This document shows, in pieces, positions 36,484-46,857 of a DNA stretch of 64,000 nt. Origin of the DNA: Spirochaetaceae bacterium. Its GTDB lineage: Bacteria; Spirochaetota; Spirochaetia; DSM-27196; SKKC01. Below the pieces are notes generated by a model. That model saw only the letters and a program-made list of their open reading frames with translations, was not told the origin of the DNA and did no database searches. Position 1 is the stretch's first letter; each line of letters begins with the position of its first letter. The stretch lies in NCBI GenBank assembly GCA_007128315.1, contig SKXQ01000003.1:1026-65025 (forward strand), in the 5' to 3' direction. A program made the translations under genes and the position numbers.

Positions 36484-37839
36484 TTACAGCAGAATCCAGG
36501 TTGCGAACCCGAAATAGATAAGGAGTCCCACCGCGTCCGCAACACTGGTAATCAGCGGGCCGCTGGCGACGGCCGGGTCCGCTTTTACGAGGTTGAGTAC
36601 AAACGGGAGCGACATTCCAATGAGGTTGGTAATGACCAGTATTGACGTGAGGGTCAGAAACACAACGAGTCCGACGTCAGTGCCGCCACGCCAGGTTCCG
36701 AGGCCGAATCCGAGCACTCCGAGTACCACACCGATCAGTAATCCTATCAGCAACTCCTTTGCAAACACGCGAAACCACTGCTCAACCTTGATCTCACCGG
36801 TACTTATGGCACGAATCATAAGCGTCGCACTCTGACTGCCGGCATTTCCTCCGGTATCAATAATGAGGGGAATGAAAAACGCGAGAACGACGACCGTCTC
36901 GAGAGTCGCCTCGTACGCGGCTATGACCCCGGATGACACCAGATTCACGACGACCAGCATGCCCAGCCAGCCGATGCGGGATCGAAAGAGGTCGAAGACA
37001 CTCGCATCACGATACGAGGTACGAAGCGGCGTCACCGCTGCCTGCAGGTGAAAGTCCTCGGTGGTTTCTTCCTCCGACACGTCCATAATGTCGTCGACCG
37101 TGACAACCCCGATCAGTACGCCGCGGGTGTCTACTACCGGGAGCATGAGGCGATGGTACCGCTGCATGACACGGACCGCTTCCTCCCGGTCCGAGGTCGC
37201 TTCGAGGCAGAGGTACGAGTCATCCATAATTGCCCTGATCGGGGTGTCGGATGGTGACAGAATGAATCGCTGTAACGACAGACCATCGACGAGAACCCCT
37301 TTCTCGTCGACAACGTAGATCACCGAAAGGGACTCACTCTCATGCCCGACCTGTCTTATGTGCTCGAGAGCGCGTCCGACCGTCCACCCGACCTGTACCT
37401 TCACGTAGTCGGGTGTCATCAGCCGTCCGACACTCTCCTCGGGATATCCAAGAAACTGTCGGGCCTCCGCAAGGTCCGCGGGCGTGAGCATGCCGAGCAA
37501 CTTCTGTGTGAGCTCGCCCGGCAGTTCCTCGAGCAGTGCGGTACGGTCGTCAACGCTCATCTCGCGAAGCAGCGCCCGTGTCTCAGAATCTGTCAGGCTC
37601 ACAAGCAGGTCATCTGCGGCATCGCCCTCCAGGTAGGAAAACACTTCAACAGCCAGATCACGAGGCAAGGACCTGAAAAACAGCACCTTGTCCTGTTTAT
37701 CAAGCTCTTCCATCTCATCGACAATATCGGGTGCGACGATTTCGGGATCGGGCCACTTGTACCGTGAACGCGCGAGACGCTGCCAGTCCCTGTTCTCGAT
37801 GAATTCAAGTATTTCGTCAGACAGCACGGTTTGAAGCAT
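36484..37839 (-). CDS. mgtE: Magnesium transporter MgtE
   Basis: MgtE_N domain, CBS pair (GRLMTP...TVDD), GGNAGSQ and DPAVASGPLITS..D; ATG 4 nt after the uvrA stop. Confidence 0.95.
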   Translation of the reverse strand: MLQTVLSDEILEFIENRDWQRLARSRYKWPDPEIVAPDIVDEMEELDKQDKVLFFRSLPRDLAVEVFSYLEGDAADDLLVSLTDSETRALLREMSVDDRTALLEELPGELTQKLLGMLTPADLAEARQFLGYPEESVGRLMTPDYVKVQVGWTVGRALEHIRQVGHESESLSVIYVVDEKGVLVDGLSLQRFILSPSDTPIRAIMDDSYLCLEATSDREEAVRVMQRYHRLMLPVVDTRGVLIGVVTVDDIMDVSEEETTEDFHLQAAVTPLRTSYRDASVFDLFRSRIGWLGMLVVVNLVSSGVIAAYEATLETVVVLAFFIPLIIDTGGNAGSQSATLMIRAISTGEIKVEQWFRVFAKELLIGLLIGVVLGVLGFGLGTWRGGTDVGLVVFLTLTSILVITNLIGMSLPFVLNLVKADPAVASGPLITSVADAVGLLIYFGFATWILL

Positions 37840-37843
37840 GTCT

Positions 37844-40800
37844 TTACGATACTCCATACGATGTTGTTCGGGCAAATACCCCGGCGAGGGCGTCGGCCGT
37901 GTATCCGTGACCGCGAGCAATCATAGCCGGTGCGCCTTCGAATACAATTGTTCCACCCTCCTCCCCCGCTTCAGGCCCCAGATCGATGACGTGGTCGGAT
38001 TCGGCGATCAGATCCAGGTTATGTTCGACAACCAGTACCGAGTTGCCCGCGTCCACAAGCCGGAGCAGCACCCGTGTCAGCTTCCCGACGTCCGCCATGT
38101 GAAGACCAATTGTCGGTTCGTCGAGCACGTAGAGGGTATGCCCGGCCTTGACTCCTCCGGTCTTCGAAAGCTCGGTTACCAGCTTCACCCGCTGGGCTTC
38201 ACCGCCAGAAAGGGTTGGACTCTGCTGTCCCAGTTTCAAATAGCCAAGACCAACCTCATCCATGAGTTCAAGTGCATAGGATATTTTCGGATGTGCAGAA
38301 AAAAATCCGACAGCTTCCTCAACGCTCATATCAAGAACATCGGATACGGACGCTCCTTTGTACTGAACGTTTCTTGTCTCTTCGTCGAAGCGCGCGCCAC
38401 CGCACTGCTCGCAGGGTATGCGGACATCCGGAAGAAAGTTCATCTCTATCTTTACCATTCCCTGTCCCCCACAGTTTTCGCAGCGGCCACCTGCGGTGTT
38501 AAAAGAAAATCGACTCGCCGTATACCCGTGGATGCGCGCCTCCGGAGTCTGTGCATACAGTTTCCTGATTTCATCCCAGATTCCGACATAGGTGGCAGGG
38601 CAGCTGCGTGGTGTCTTCCCTATGGGTGTCTGGTCAACCTCAAGCACGCGATCTATGACCTCATATCCGCTCAAACCTGTACAACCGATCAGCACGGGTC
38701 CGGAAGATCTGCTGTTACTGCGCGAAACCCTTGTCCTGCCCGCCGCGATCGTGTCGCGCAGCGACGGGTAAACGACCCCGCGTGCGAGTGAGCTCTTGCC
38801 GCTGCCCGAAACGCCGGTCAGACACACAAGTCTTCCGAGGGGAATCTGCACATCGATTTGTTTCAGATTGTTCCGGTGTGCGCCACGGATCGTCAACATA
38901 GCGGCAGCGGAAACGGCGGTCTCGTCTCGTTCTGCGCGCGGAATCGTGGGATGCTCCGGAGGACAGGCGAGTATCCGGGCGGTAACCGACCCAGTCACTT
39001 TCAACAGATCGTCCACAGAACCCTCTCCGAGAATCATTCCGCCCCGCGTTCCTCCGCCGGGTCCGAGATCGATGATTCGGTCCGCGCTTCGTATCGTCGC
39101 CTCATCGTGTTCGACAACGACAACGGTGTTCCCCTTGTCGCGAAGTGACATGAGCGTATCAAGCAGCATACGGTTATCGCGGGTGTGAAGACCGATTGTC
39201 GGCTCGTCGAGCACGTAACAGACGCCTCGGAGATTGCTTCCGAGCTGCGCGGCGAGTCTGATCCGCTGCGCCTCTCCTCCGGAGAGCGTCGGTGCCGCCC
39301 GGTCAAGCCCGAGGTAACCGAGTCCTACATGCTCAAGAAACCCGAGGCGAACCGAGAGTTCGCTGACGATGTCCCGGGCAACCTGTTCTTCCCTGTCACT
39401 CAGGCTGATTCCATCGATCCATGCCGAGAGCGTCTGGACCGAGTCCGCGGCAACCGACGCGATGTCACGACCGCGAAAGCGAACAGCCCGGGCCACATCA
39501 TTCAAGCGGCTGCCGGCGCAATCAGAGCAGACGGTCAACTCACCATCGAACACGCGCGAGGAAACATCCGGATGCTCGTCTTCATCGGTGTAATCTGCGA
39601 ACCCGGTGCCTTTACAGGTGGAACACATGCCGTGACGGCTGTTGAACGAGAACAGACGCGGATCGAGATCCGGAAAACTTCGTGCGCACGACGGGCAGCT
39701 GCGATTAGTCGAATACAGGCGTTCGTCGGTGTCGGTCACGATGCGAACCTGTCCGTCTCCTTCCGAGAGGGCCAGGGTCAGCAGCGTGCGCAAAGCCTGT
39801 TCGCTGTCAGCAGTCAGCTCAAGAGAACCGACCGGAAGGTCAAGCGTATGCTCCTGGTAGCGTGAAAGGCGCGGCCAGGTGTCGGTCGGCAGGTACTCAC
39901 CATCTACGCGCAACTCTGCATAACCGTGCTTTCGGGCCCACTCAGCCAGGTCGGTATAGTACCCCTTCCGCGCAACAACCAGCGGAGCGAGGACCGTCAC
40001 AGAATGATCGCGATACCGGGAGAAAATATCCGCTATAATCGCGTCGGAGGTCTGCGGTTGAATAGCAATATCACAGTCAGGACAGTACTGTACTCCTAGC
40101 TTCAGAAAGAGTAGCCGCAGGAAGTGAAACAGCTCCGTCGTCGTCGCTACCGTACTTTTCCATCCTCCACGACTCATCCTCTGTTCGATCGCGACGGAGG
40201 GCGGGAGACCGTGAACGGCGTCCACATCGGGCCGCGACGCAGGCTGCACAAACTGCCTCGCGTACGCGTTCAGTGACTCAAGATAGCGTCGCTGACCTTC
40301 CGCGAACAGAATATCGAACGCAAGTGTGCTCTTTCCGCTTCCTGATACACCTGTGAGTACCGTGAGCTGATTCTGCTGCACGGATACCGAAATCTCCCTT
40401 AGATTGTGCTCACGAGCGTGTACAACTTCGATGGGTCGGTCAAAACTCGGGCGTGACTCTGCTGCGAAGACGTGTTCCACGGCATCAGACCACATGGGTC
40501 CGCCTGTCACGGAGTCGTCGGATTGCAGATAGGCCTTCAGCGCAGCGGCGGTGTGCCCGGTACCCGTGGCGATCAGCTCGGACGGACTATCAGTTGCAAC
40601 GATGCGACCTCCATCGATCCCTCCATCAGGCCCCATATCGATGACATAGTCGCATGCGGCAATAACATCAAGATTATGTTCAATAACGAGTACACTGTTA
40701 CCCGCCTCTACGAGGGTCCTGAGTGCCGACAGTAAGGTGGCGATGTCAGTTGCGTGCAGACCCGTTGTCGGCTCGTCGAACAGAAATAGCGTGCCGGTCA

Positions 40801-43336
40801 CAGCAGCTCCGCTTCCAATGGCTCCGACAAGATGGCAGGCGAGTTTCAGGCGCTGCGACTCGCCGCCACTGAGCGTCGGTAGCGGTTGACCGAGCGCTAC
40901 ATAGTCAAGGCCTACAGCCACGAGCGGCTGCAGGACGCGGAGGACTTTCGCGTCGTCTGCAAAGAAGCGGGCCGCATCGGCGACCGTAAGCTCAAGAACC
41001 TCCGCTATGCTCCTGTGGCCGAGATCGATGGCGTCTGCTGAGGGAGCCATGCGGAGCTCGAGAATCTCAGGGCGGTACCGTGCTCCTTCGCAGTCTGGAC
41101 ACCGGAGGTAGATATCGCTCAGGAACTGCATCTCGATGTGCTCAAAGCCGGTCCCACCGCAGGTCGGGCAGCGTCCGTTACCGGAGTTGAAGCTGAAGGT
41201 ACCCTGCGTGTATCCGCGCTTCTTCGCCTGGGGCAGCGCCGCAAAACGTTTTCGTATCTCGTCGAATGCCCCGACGTAGCTGGCAGGATTACTGCGTGCG
41301 GTTTTTCCGATAGTGGACTGGTCGACAAGTACGATATCATCGAGCAGCTCAGCTCCAATGATTGCCTCGTGCTGTCCCGGGGTTTCGGTCTGCTTTCCGA
41401 AATGACGAAGCATGGCACGGTAGAGCACCGTTTCTAGAAGCGTGCTCTTTCCGCTCCCGGAGACCCCGGTCAGGCATACGAAGTGATGCAGGGGAATATC
41501 AACATGAACGGACTGGAGGTTGTGCGCGGTCGCACCGCGTACCGTGAGCACTTGTGAACATGAGCCATCGGCTGAGGCCAATGCCGTTCGCGGTTTAACG
41601 AGCAGGCTTCTACCACTGGGGCTTCCATTTTCAAGCAGCCGACGGGGCGAGCCTTCGAACATGATCGTTCCACCGGATGTTCCTGCACCGGGGCCCATTT
41701 CGATAACCCTGTCAGCCGCGAGAACGACCTGAGGATCGTGTTCCACGACCAGCAGTGTGTTTCCTGCATCCCGCAGGCGCCTGAGTATACCGACCAGCCT
41801 CCCCACATCCCGGCTGTGCAGCCCGATGCTGGGTTCGTCGAGTACGAAAAGCGTATTCGTAAGCTGCGTTCCGAGCGCCGTCGTCAGGTTGATACGCTGT
41901 ACTTCGCCGCCGCTGAGTGTCCGCGACTGTCTGTCGAGTGTCAGGTATCCGACGCCGACCTCGACCAGGTACCCGAGACGACTCTGTATCTCCGACAGAA
42001 CGAGTTCGGCTGCAGGATCCGCGGCGGTGACGAGTTCATCCGCATAGGACCCGAAGAAGGCGTGTACATCGCGGATAGGCATCTGCATGACATCGTGTAT
42101 GGATCGGTCACGGATCCTCCACTGCAGAGCCTGTGGTTTCAGACGGGCTCCATGACATGCAGGGCACAGATCATACGACCGATACCGTGAGAGCAGTACC
42201 CTGATATGCATCTTGTAACTGCGTGATTCAAGCCAGGCAAAAAAGCGCCGGACCCCGTACCAGACACCGTCGTCCCATTCGCCTTCGCCTTCGAGAACCC
42301 AATGACGATCCTCGTCCGATAGATCGCGCCATGGGACGTCAGGGTTGACCCCGCGACGGCCGGCAAATCGCAGGAGATCATCCCGGCACTCCTGGTAGCT
42401 CTTGCTCTCCCATACGCGAACCGCACCATCACGCAGGCTTTTTGACTCATCGGGAATGACGAGACCGTAGTCGATGCCCATGGTGCGGCCGAACCCGCGA
42501 CAGGTGTCACATGCCCCAACCGGAGAGTTGAACGAGAACAGCTGAGAGCTGGCGTCCTGGTAATGAATATCGCAATCGGGGCAATGGAGATCGCGAGAAA
42601 AACGAAACTCAGGACCGTCGAGAACGCGAACCATACAGGTATTACTTCCATGAAGAAATGCCGCTTCGATTGCTTCGATCCATCGGCTGCGCTCATCCCG
42701 CGCAAGCAACAGCCGGTCTCCGACGACCGTGATCTCCGATTCTGTTTCCGCTTCGATACGGTGATATCCCGTATCCGCAAGAAGTCCCCGCATTTCCTCG
42801 ACGCTTCGACCGCGAGGAACAGGGACTGTGAACAGAACCATGGCACGGGCGCCATCTACGAAAGTTCCGGCATCAAGATGCTCAAGCAGCACCTCGAATA
42901 CGCTGTCAGGTGTTTCTCTCCGGACGGGACGTCCGCAGCCTGCACAGTGAAGAATCGAACACTTAGCCCAGAGCAGCTTGAAGTGATCGTTCAGTTCGGT
43001 CATAGTACCTACAGTGGATCGAGAGGTCCGGACCGGGTTGGTCTGGTCGACTGCAATCGCAGGGGGGATACCGTCGATTGACGAAACCTTCGGTTTATCC
43101 ATACGATCAAGAAACTGCCTGGTATAGGCAGAAAACGTTTCCACGTAACGCCGTTGACCTTCTGCGTAAATCGTATCAAAGGCAAGCGTTGATTTACCCG
43201 AACCGCTTACACCGGTTATTACGGTGAACGTTCCTAACGGAATATCAACATCGACACTACGAAGGTTGTTTCCATACGCACCGCGAACCTTGATGACGCG
43301 AGGTGCCTCTGCCTGTTTGATGTTATGCTTGTTCAT
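37844..43336 (-). CDS. uvrA: Excinuclease ABC subunit A, double-length (two fused UvrA modules)
   Basis: 1830 aa; four GVSGSGKS Walker A, four LSGGE.QR signatures, two AEGQRRY motifs and multiple CxxC. Confidence 0.95.
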   Translation of the reverse strand: MNKHNIKQAEAPRVIKVRGAYGNNLRSVDVDIPLGTFTVITGVSGSGKSTLAFDTIYAEGQRRYVETFSAYTRQFLDRMDKPKVSSIDGIPPAIAVDQTNPVRTSRSTVGTMTELNDHFKLLWAKCSILHCAGCGRPVRRETPDSVFEVLLEHLDAGTFVDGARAMVLFTVPVPRGRSVEEMRGLLADTGYHRIEAETESEITVVGDRLLLARDERSRWIEAIEAAFLHGSNTCMVRVLDGPEFRFSRDLHCPDCDIHYQDASSQLFSFNSPVGACDTCRGFGRTMGIDYGLVIPDESKSLRDGAVRVWESKSYQECRDDLLRFAGRRGVNPDVPWRDLSDEDRHWVLEGEGEWDDGVWYGVRRFFAWLESRSYKMHIRVLLSRYRSYDLCPACHGARLKPQALQWRIRDRSIHDVMQMPIRDVHAFFGSYADELVTAADPAAELVLSEIQSRLGYLVEVGVGYLTLDRQSRTLSGGEVQRINLTTALGTQLTNTLFVLDEPSIGLHSRDVGRLVGILRRLRDAGNTLLVVEHDPQVVLAADRVIEMGPGAGTSGGTIMFEGSPRRLLENGSPSGRSLLVKPRTALASADGSCSQVLTVRGATAHNLQSVHVDIPLHHFVCLTGVSGSGKSTLLETVLYRAMLRHFGKQTETPGQHEAIIGAELLDDIVLVDQSTIGKTARSNPASYVGAFDEIRKRFAALPQAKKRGYTQGTFSFNSGNGRCPTCGGTGFEHIEMQFLSDIYLRCPDCEGARYRPEILELRMAPSADAIDLGHRSIAEVLELTVADAARFFADDAKVLRVLQPLVAVGLDYVALGQPLPTLSGGESQRLKLACHLVGAIGSGAAVTGTLFLFDEPTTGLHATDIATLLSALRTLVEAGNSVLVIEHNLDVIAACDYVIDMGPDGGIDGGRIVATDSPSELIATGTGHTAAALKAYLQSDDSVTGGPMWSDAVEHVFAAESRPSFDRPIEVVHAREHNLREISVSVQQNQLTVLTGVSGSGKSTLAFDILFAEGQRRYLESLNAYARQFVQPASRPDVDAVHGLPPSVAIEQRMSRGGWKSTVATTTELFHFLRLLFLKLGVQYCPDCDIAIQPQTSDAIIADIFSRYRDHSVTVLAPLVVARKGYYTDLAEWARKHGYAELRVDGEYLPTDTWPRLSRYQEHTLDLPVGSLELTADSEQALRTLLTLALSEGDGQVRIVTDTDERLYSTNRSCPSCARSFPDLDPRLFSFNSRHGMCSTCKGTGFADYTDEDEHPDVSSRVFDGELTVCSDCAGSRLNDVARAVRFRGRDIASVAADSVQTLSAWIDGISLSDREEQVARDIVSELSVRLGFLEHVGLGYLGLDRAAPTLSGGEAQRIRLAAQLGSNLRGVCYVLDEPTIGLHTRDNRMLLDTLMSLRDKGNTVVVVEHDEATIRSADRIIDLGPGGGTRGGMILGEGSVDDLLKVTGSVTARILACPPEHPTIPRAERDETAVSAAAMLTIRGAHRNNLKQIDVQIPLGRLVCLTGVSGSGKSSLARGVVYPSLRDTIAAGRTRVSRSNSRSSGPVLIGCTGLSGYEVIDRVLEVDQTPIGKTPRSCPATYVGIWDEIRKLYAQTPEARIHGYTASRFSFNTAGGRCENCGGQGMVKIEMNFLPDVRIPCEQCGGARFDEETRNVQYKGASVSDVLDMSVEEAVGFFSAHPKISYALELMDEVGLGYLKLGQQSPTLSGGEAQRVKLVTELSKTGGVKAGHTLYVLDEPTIGLHMADVGKLTRVLLRLVDAGNSVLVVEHNLDLIAESDHVIDLGPEAGEEGGTIVFEGAPAMIARGHGYTADALAGVFARTTSYGVS

Positions 43337-43415
43337 GAGCTGATAGTCCCGACAGGAATATGTATATCAACCAGCGGAATACTCAACCCAAACAGAAGGG
43401 AGGTTCTGATTATTC

Positions 43416-45398
43416 ATGACCGACAGAAAAAACAGACAAACCAGTAACCGGCAGTCAAAGAACAAAGACCTGAAACAGGGCGAACTCTCCATCACCTCAC
43501 GAGGTTTCGGATTTGTCAATCAGACGGACGTACCCGATATTTTCGTGCAGCAGGATCATCTTGGGACAGCACTCGACGGTGATGTCGTCGAGGTTGAAGT
43601 CTTCTCGCGCAATAACAAACGGAAACCTTCCGGTAAGATTGTTCGCGTGATCACACGCTCGAGAAAGCCCATTGTCGGCGTATACCGAAAAACCAGCAGA
43701 ACAGAAGGTCAGGTCACCCCTGTCGATGACCGCATCGCCGCAACCTTCCTCGTGCCCAGGGACGAACTGAAGCGAGCCTCATTCGGGCGCAAGCTCAAAG
43801 ACGATACCGTTGTCGTCGGGCACCTCGGTTCCTGGGAATCGAGTGAAAAACAACCTGTTTTCGTTCTCGACGACATAGTCGGGAGGTCCTCCGACACCGG
43901 CATCGACCTGCGAATTATCGCGCTGTCGCGCGGACTCCGCATCGAGTTTCCCGATGATGTGCAGAAGGAAGTGCGCAAACTCCGGATGCCCGACATGAAA
44001 AAGATGAAGCAGACCCGCAGGGATCTCACCGCGCTCCCCACATTGACGATCGACCCGGACGACGCCCAGGACTTCGACGACGCATTGAGTGTCATACAGC
44101 GAGAGGACGGTCTCTTCGACGCCTACGTTCACATCGCCGATGTTTCCGCCTTCGTTCCGCCGGGAAGTGCTATCGACAGAGAGGCTCTGGAACGCGGTAC
44201 GTCGGTATACTTCGTCGGCGACGTGCTTCCCATGCTTCCGGAACGACTGTCCAATGACCTGTGCTCCCTGAAGCCGGGCGAAGAGCGCCTCGCCTTCACC
44301 GCCCGCATGACCGTTGATTCACTCGCAGAAGTGCATGAACTGGAAACCTTCGAGAGCGTTATCCGAAGCGATCACCGATTGACCTATGAGCAGGCTCAGG
44401 AAGTCATGGCAGGGAAAAAGCACCCGGCCGCCGCACAGATCCATCTTCTGCAGCTGCTGGCGAGGACGCTCAGGGCCAGACGCGAAGATGAAGGGAGTAT
44501 TGACTTCGACCTTCCCGTCCCCATCATCACCCTTGATTCAGAGGGAATCCCCCAGGAAGTCCGAAGAAGCGAACGAATCGAGAGTCAGCGACTCATTGAG
44601 GAACTGATGCTTCTTGCCAACCGGAGCATTGCGGGTTCCATTGCCGGAAAGAAGGGAAAGAGCAGCAGGCCCTTCGTGTATCGCATTCACGAACGCCCGA
44701 AACAGGAAGACACGAACACGCTGCTGACGGTGCTGCAGAATCTTGGCATTCCGCTGAAAATCGAGGGCGATCTTTCGCCCGAGGATTTCAGTCGCATACT
44801 TGATCTCGTCGACAGCCTCGACATTCGGTATTTCGCCGAGAAGATCGCGCTTCGCTCCATGACCAAGGCGGTGTACTCAAGTGAGAACCAGGGTCACTTC
44901 GGCCTTGCGTTCAGTGCCTACACCCATTTTACCTCTCCGATCAGGCGATACGCGGATCTGATGGTACACCGGTTGCTGAAGGGCTACATGAAAGGAAACA
45001 CCACAGGCGCCGTCAGCATGAAGGCAGCAGAACTGGAAGGCATCTGCGACCGATGCAGCGCAGCCGAACGACGGGCCATAGACGCCGAACGCGAGCATCA
45101 GAAAAAGAAGGCTATGGAATTCCTGCGAAAAAAGGTGGGCCGGACCTACTCCGGTGTGATCTCCGGCGTCTCCCGGTACGGTCTGTTTATCGAACTCGTA
45201 CACTATCTTATCGAAGGGCTCGTTCCGGTTGATCAGCTTGGTAACGACTTTTATCTTCTCGACGAGGAGAACTTCAAGTTCATCGGACAGGAACACGGAG
45301 CCGAGTATCGCATCGGTGATCGGGTGAAAGTCCGGATCGACTCGGTTGATGTCGCGCAGGGTCGGGCTTACTTTACGTTTGCACAGGGAAACGAGTAA
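43416..45398 (+). CDS. rnr: Ribonuclease R (RNB family)
   Basis: Cold-shock domain (GFGFV...DGD.V), TIDPDDAQDFDD, HIADVS, YTHFTSPIRRY.D and C-terminal S1. Confidence 0.93.
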   Translation: MTDRKNRQTSNRQSKNKDLKQGELSITSRGFGFVNQTDVPDIFVQQDHLGTALDGDVVEVEVFSRNNKRKPSGKIVRVITRSRKPIVGVYRKTSRTEGQVTPVDDRIAATFLVPRDELKRASFGRKLKDDTVVVGHLGSWESSEKQPVFVLDDIVGRSSDTGIDLRIIALSRGLRIEFPDDVQKEVRKLRMPDMKKMKQTRRDLTALPTLTIDPDDAQDFDDALSVIQREDGLFDAYVHIADVSAFVPPGSAIDREALERGTSVYFVGDVLPMLPERLSNDLCSLKPGEERLAFTARMTVDSLAEVHELETFESVIRSDHRLTYEQAQEVMAGKKHPAAAQIHLLQLLARTLRARREDEGSIDFDLPVPIITLDSEGIPQEVRRSERIESQRLIEELMLLANRSIAGSIAGKKGKSSRPFVYRIHERPKQEDTNTLLTVLQNLGIPLKIEGDLSPEDFSRILDLVDSLDIRYFAEKIALRSMTKAVYSSENQGHFGLAFSAYTHFTSPIRRYADLMVHRLLKGYMKGNTTGAVSMKAAELEGICDRCSAAERRAIDAEREHQKKKAMEFLRKKVGRTYSGVISGVSRYGLFIELVHYLIEGLVPVDQLGNDFYLLDEENFKFIGQEHGAEYRIGDRVKVRIDSVDVAQGRAYFTFAQGNE

Positions 45399-45410
45399 AT
45401 AGGAGCAGAT

Positions 45411-45737
45411 GTGGCACTGTACCGGATACATTTTACGTGGAAAGAGAAGGAAGTGAGCCTGCGGGCTCGAGAGCTCGATATGACACATCCCTATTTCGTG
45501 AGCGTCGGTGATTTCGTCTTTCCGAAAGCCGGTTCGCTGATAATAGACCCGTCGGAAGACAGTCTGCGGCGCGCCTTTGGGACCGCAAAGCATGTAATGA
45601 TCCCCTTCCAGTCGGTGTCGCTCATCGAAGAGCTTCACGAGAACGAACTGCAACAGGATCCCGACTCACGGATCAAGCCGTTCCAGCTGGTCGATCAGGA
45701 CTCAGACGACGGAGACGATTCCGATGATCCCTCGTGA
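45411..45737 (+). CDS. Conserved hypothetical protein, DUF1820-like
   Basis: YRIHF...FVF....IIDPSED.L...F...IP..SV..IEE pattern recalled for DUF1820; acidic tail; SD AGGAG. Confidence 0.7.
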   Translation: MALYRIHFTWKEKEVSLRARELDMTHPYFVSVGDFVFPKAGSLIIDPSEDSLRRAFGTAKHVMIPFQSVSLIEELHENELQQDPDSRIKPFQLVDQDSDDGDDSDDPS

Positions 45738-46857
45738 GGCATGGTCGCCACCAGTCCCGGACGACGTGGCCGCGCTTTTCAGAAAAGACGGACTGACTCT
45801 CGTCGGCATAGCCGATGCAGATGCCGCCCCGGAGCGCGAAACGGAGTTCAAGGCCTGGCTTTCTGAACAGCGCCAGGGGTCCATGAAATGGCTCAGCGAA
45901 CATGCCGAGCTCAAGTACAGACCTGAAAGCCTGCTTCCCGGGTGCCGTTCGGTTCTCATTGTAGCCCTGAACTACTATCAGGCCGCACCGTGGGCACGAG
46001 GCGAAAACAACGCAACGCCGGCGGGTGCCCGTGGACCTGCGGGGCGCATCGCTCGCTACGCATGGGGGCGTGACTACCATAAAGTCATCGGGAAACGCCT
46101 CCTCAGGGTCGTTCGAGCACTGCAGGAAGCCTATCCGGAGGAATCGTTCCGATCATTTACCGATGCAACGCCGCTCGCTGAACGCTACTTTGCCGAGCGA
46201 GCCGGCGGGAGCTTCACGGCCCGCAACACCCTTTCGATTTCGAGCGCCTTCGGAAGCTGGTTTCTGATCGGAGAGATACTCTCAACGAAAGACTTCGGGG
46301 TAAGCGAGCCATCAAAGGGCCGGCACGGCAGCTGTCCTCAGGGATGCTACCGGTGCATCGATGTCTGCCCGACCGGGGCGCTGCACGCACCGTATCGCAT
46401 CGATGCTTCAAAATGCATCAGTTACCTGACCATAGAACACAAGGGGCACATTCCCGAGGACCTGCGTCCAAAAATAGGCACGTGGCTGTTCGGCTGCGAC
46501 CTCTGCCAGGAGGTGTGCCCGCTTAATGTTCGCGCTGAGGTTACTGCCGAGGAGGACTTCATAACACTCCGTGCAGGTGACTCCCAGCTTCTTGAAGAGA
46601 TTCTGGCGATCGAAACTGATGATGAATACACCGCCCGCTTCGCCGGATCCCCGCTGATGCGGGCAAAGCGGCAGGGGCTCCTCCGGAATGCGGCTATCGT
46701 CGCCGCTAACATGGACGCGCACTCCCTGCGCCCCCTGCTCGAACGTCGCGCAGGCGATCGTAACGATGTTATAGCCGAGGCAGCCCGATGGGCCCTCAGT
46801 CAACTCGACGACCGGGCTGCACCCGGCCGACAAGCCCCTCCGGCAACGCGTCCCTGA
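45724..46857 (+). CDS. queG: tRNA epoxyqueuosine(34) reductase
   Basis: IARYAWGRDYH, CIDVCPTGA, CISYLTIE and FGCDLCQEVCP motifs. Confidence 0.95.
   Translation: MIPREAWSPPVPDDVAALFRKDGLTLVGIADADAAPERETEFKAWLSEQRQGSMKWLSEHAELKYRPESLLPGCRSVLIVALNYYQAAPWARGENNATPAGARGPAGRIARYAWGRDYHKVIGKRLLRVVRALQEAYPEESFRSFTDATPLAERYFAERAGGSFTARNTLSISSAFGSWFLIGEILSTKDFGVSEPSKGRHGSCPQGCYRCIDVCPTGALHAPYRIDASKCISYLTIEHKGHIPEDLRPKIGTWLFGCDLCQEVCPLNVRAEVTAEEDFITLRAGDSQLLEEILAIETDDEYTARFAGSPLMRAKRQGLLRNAAIVAANMDAHSLRPLLERRAGDRNDVIAEAARWALSQLDDRAAPGRQAPPATRP

Noticed and set aside
43340..43380. SOS/LexA box upstream of uvrA
   Set aside because: CTGGTTGATATACATA does not complete CTG-N10-CAG, and no GAAC-N4-GTTC is present.
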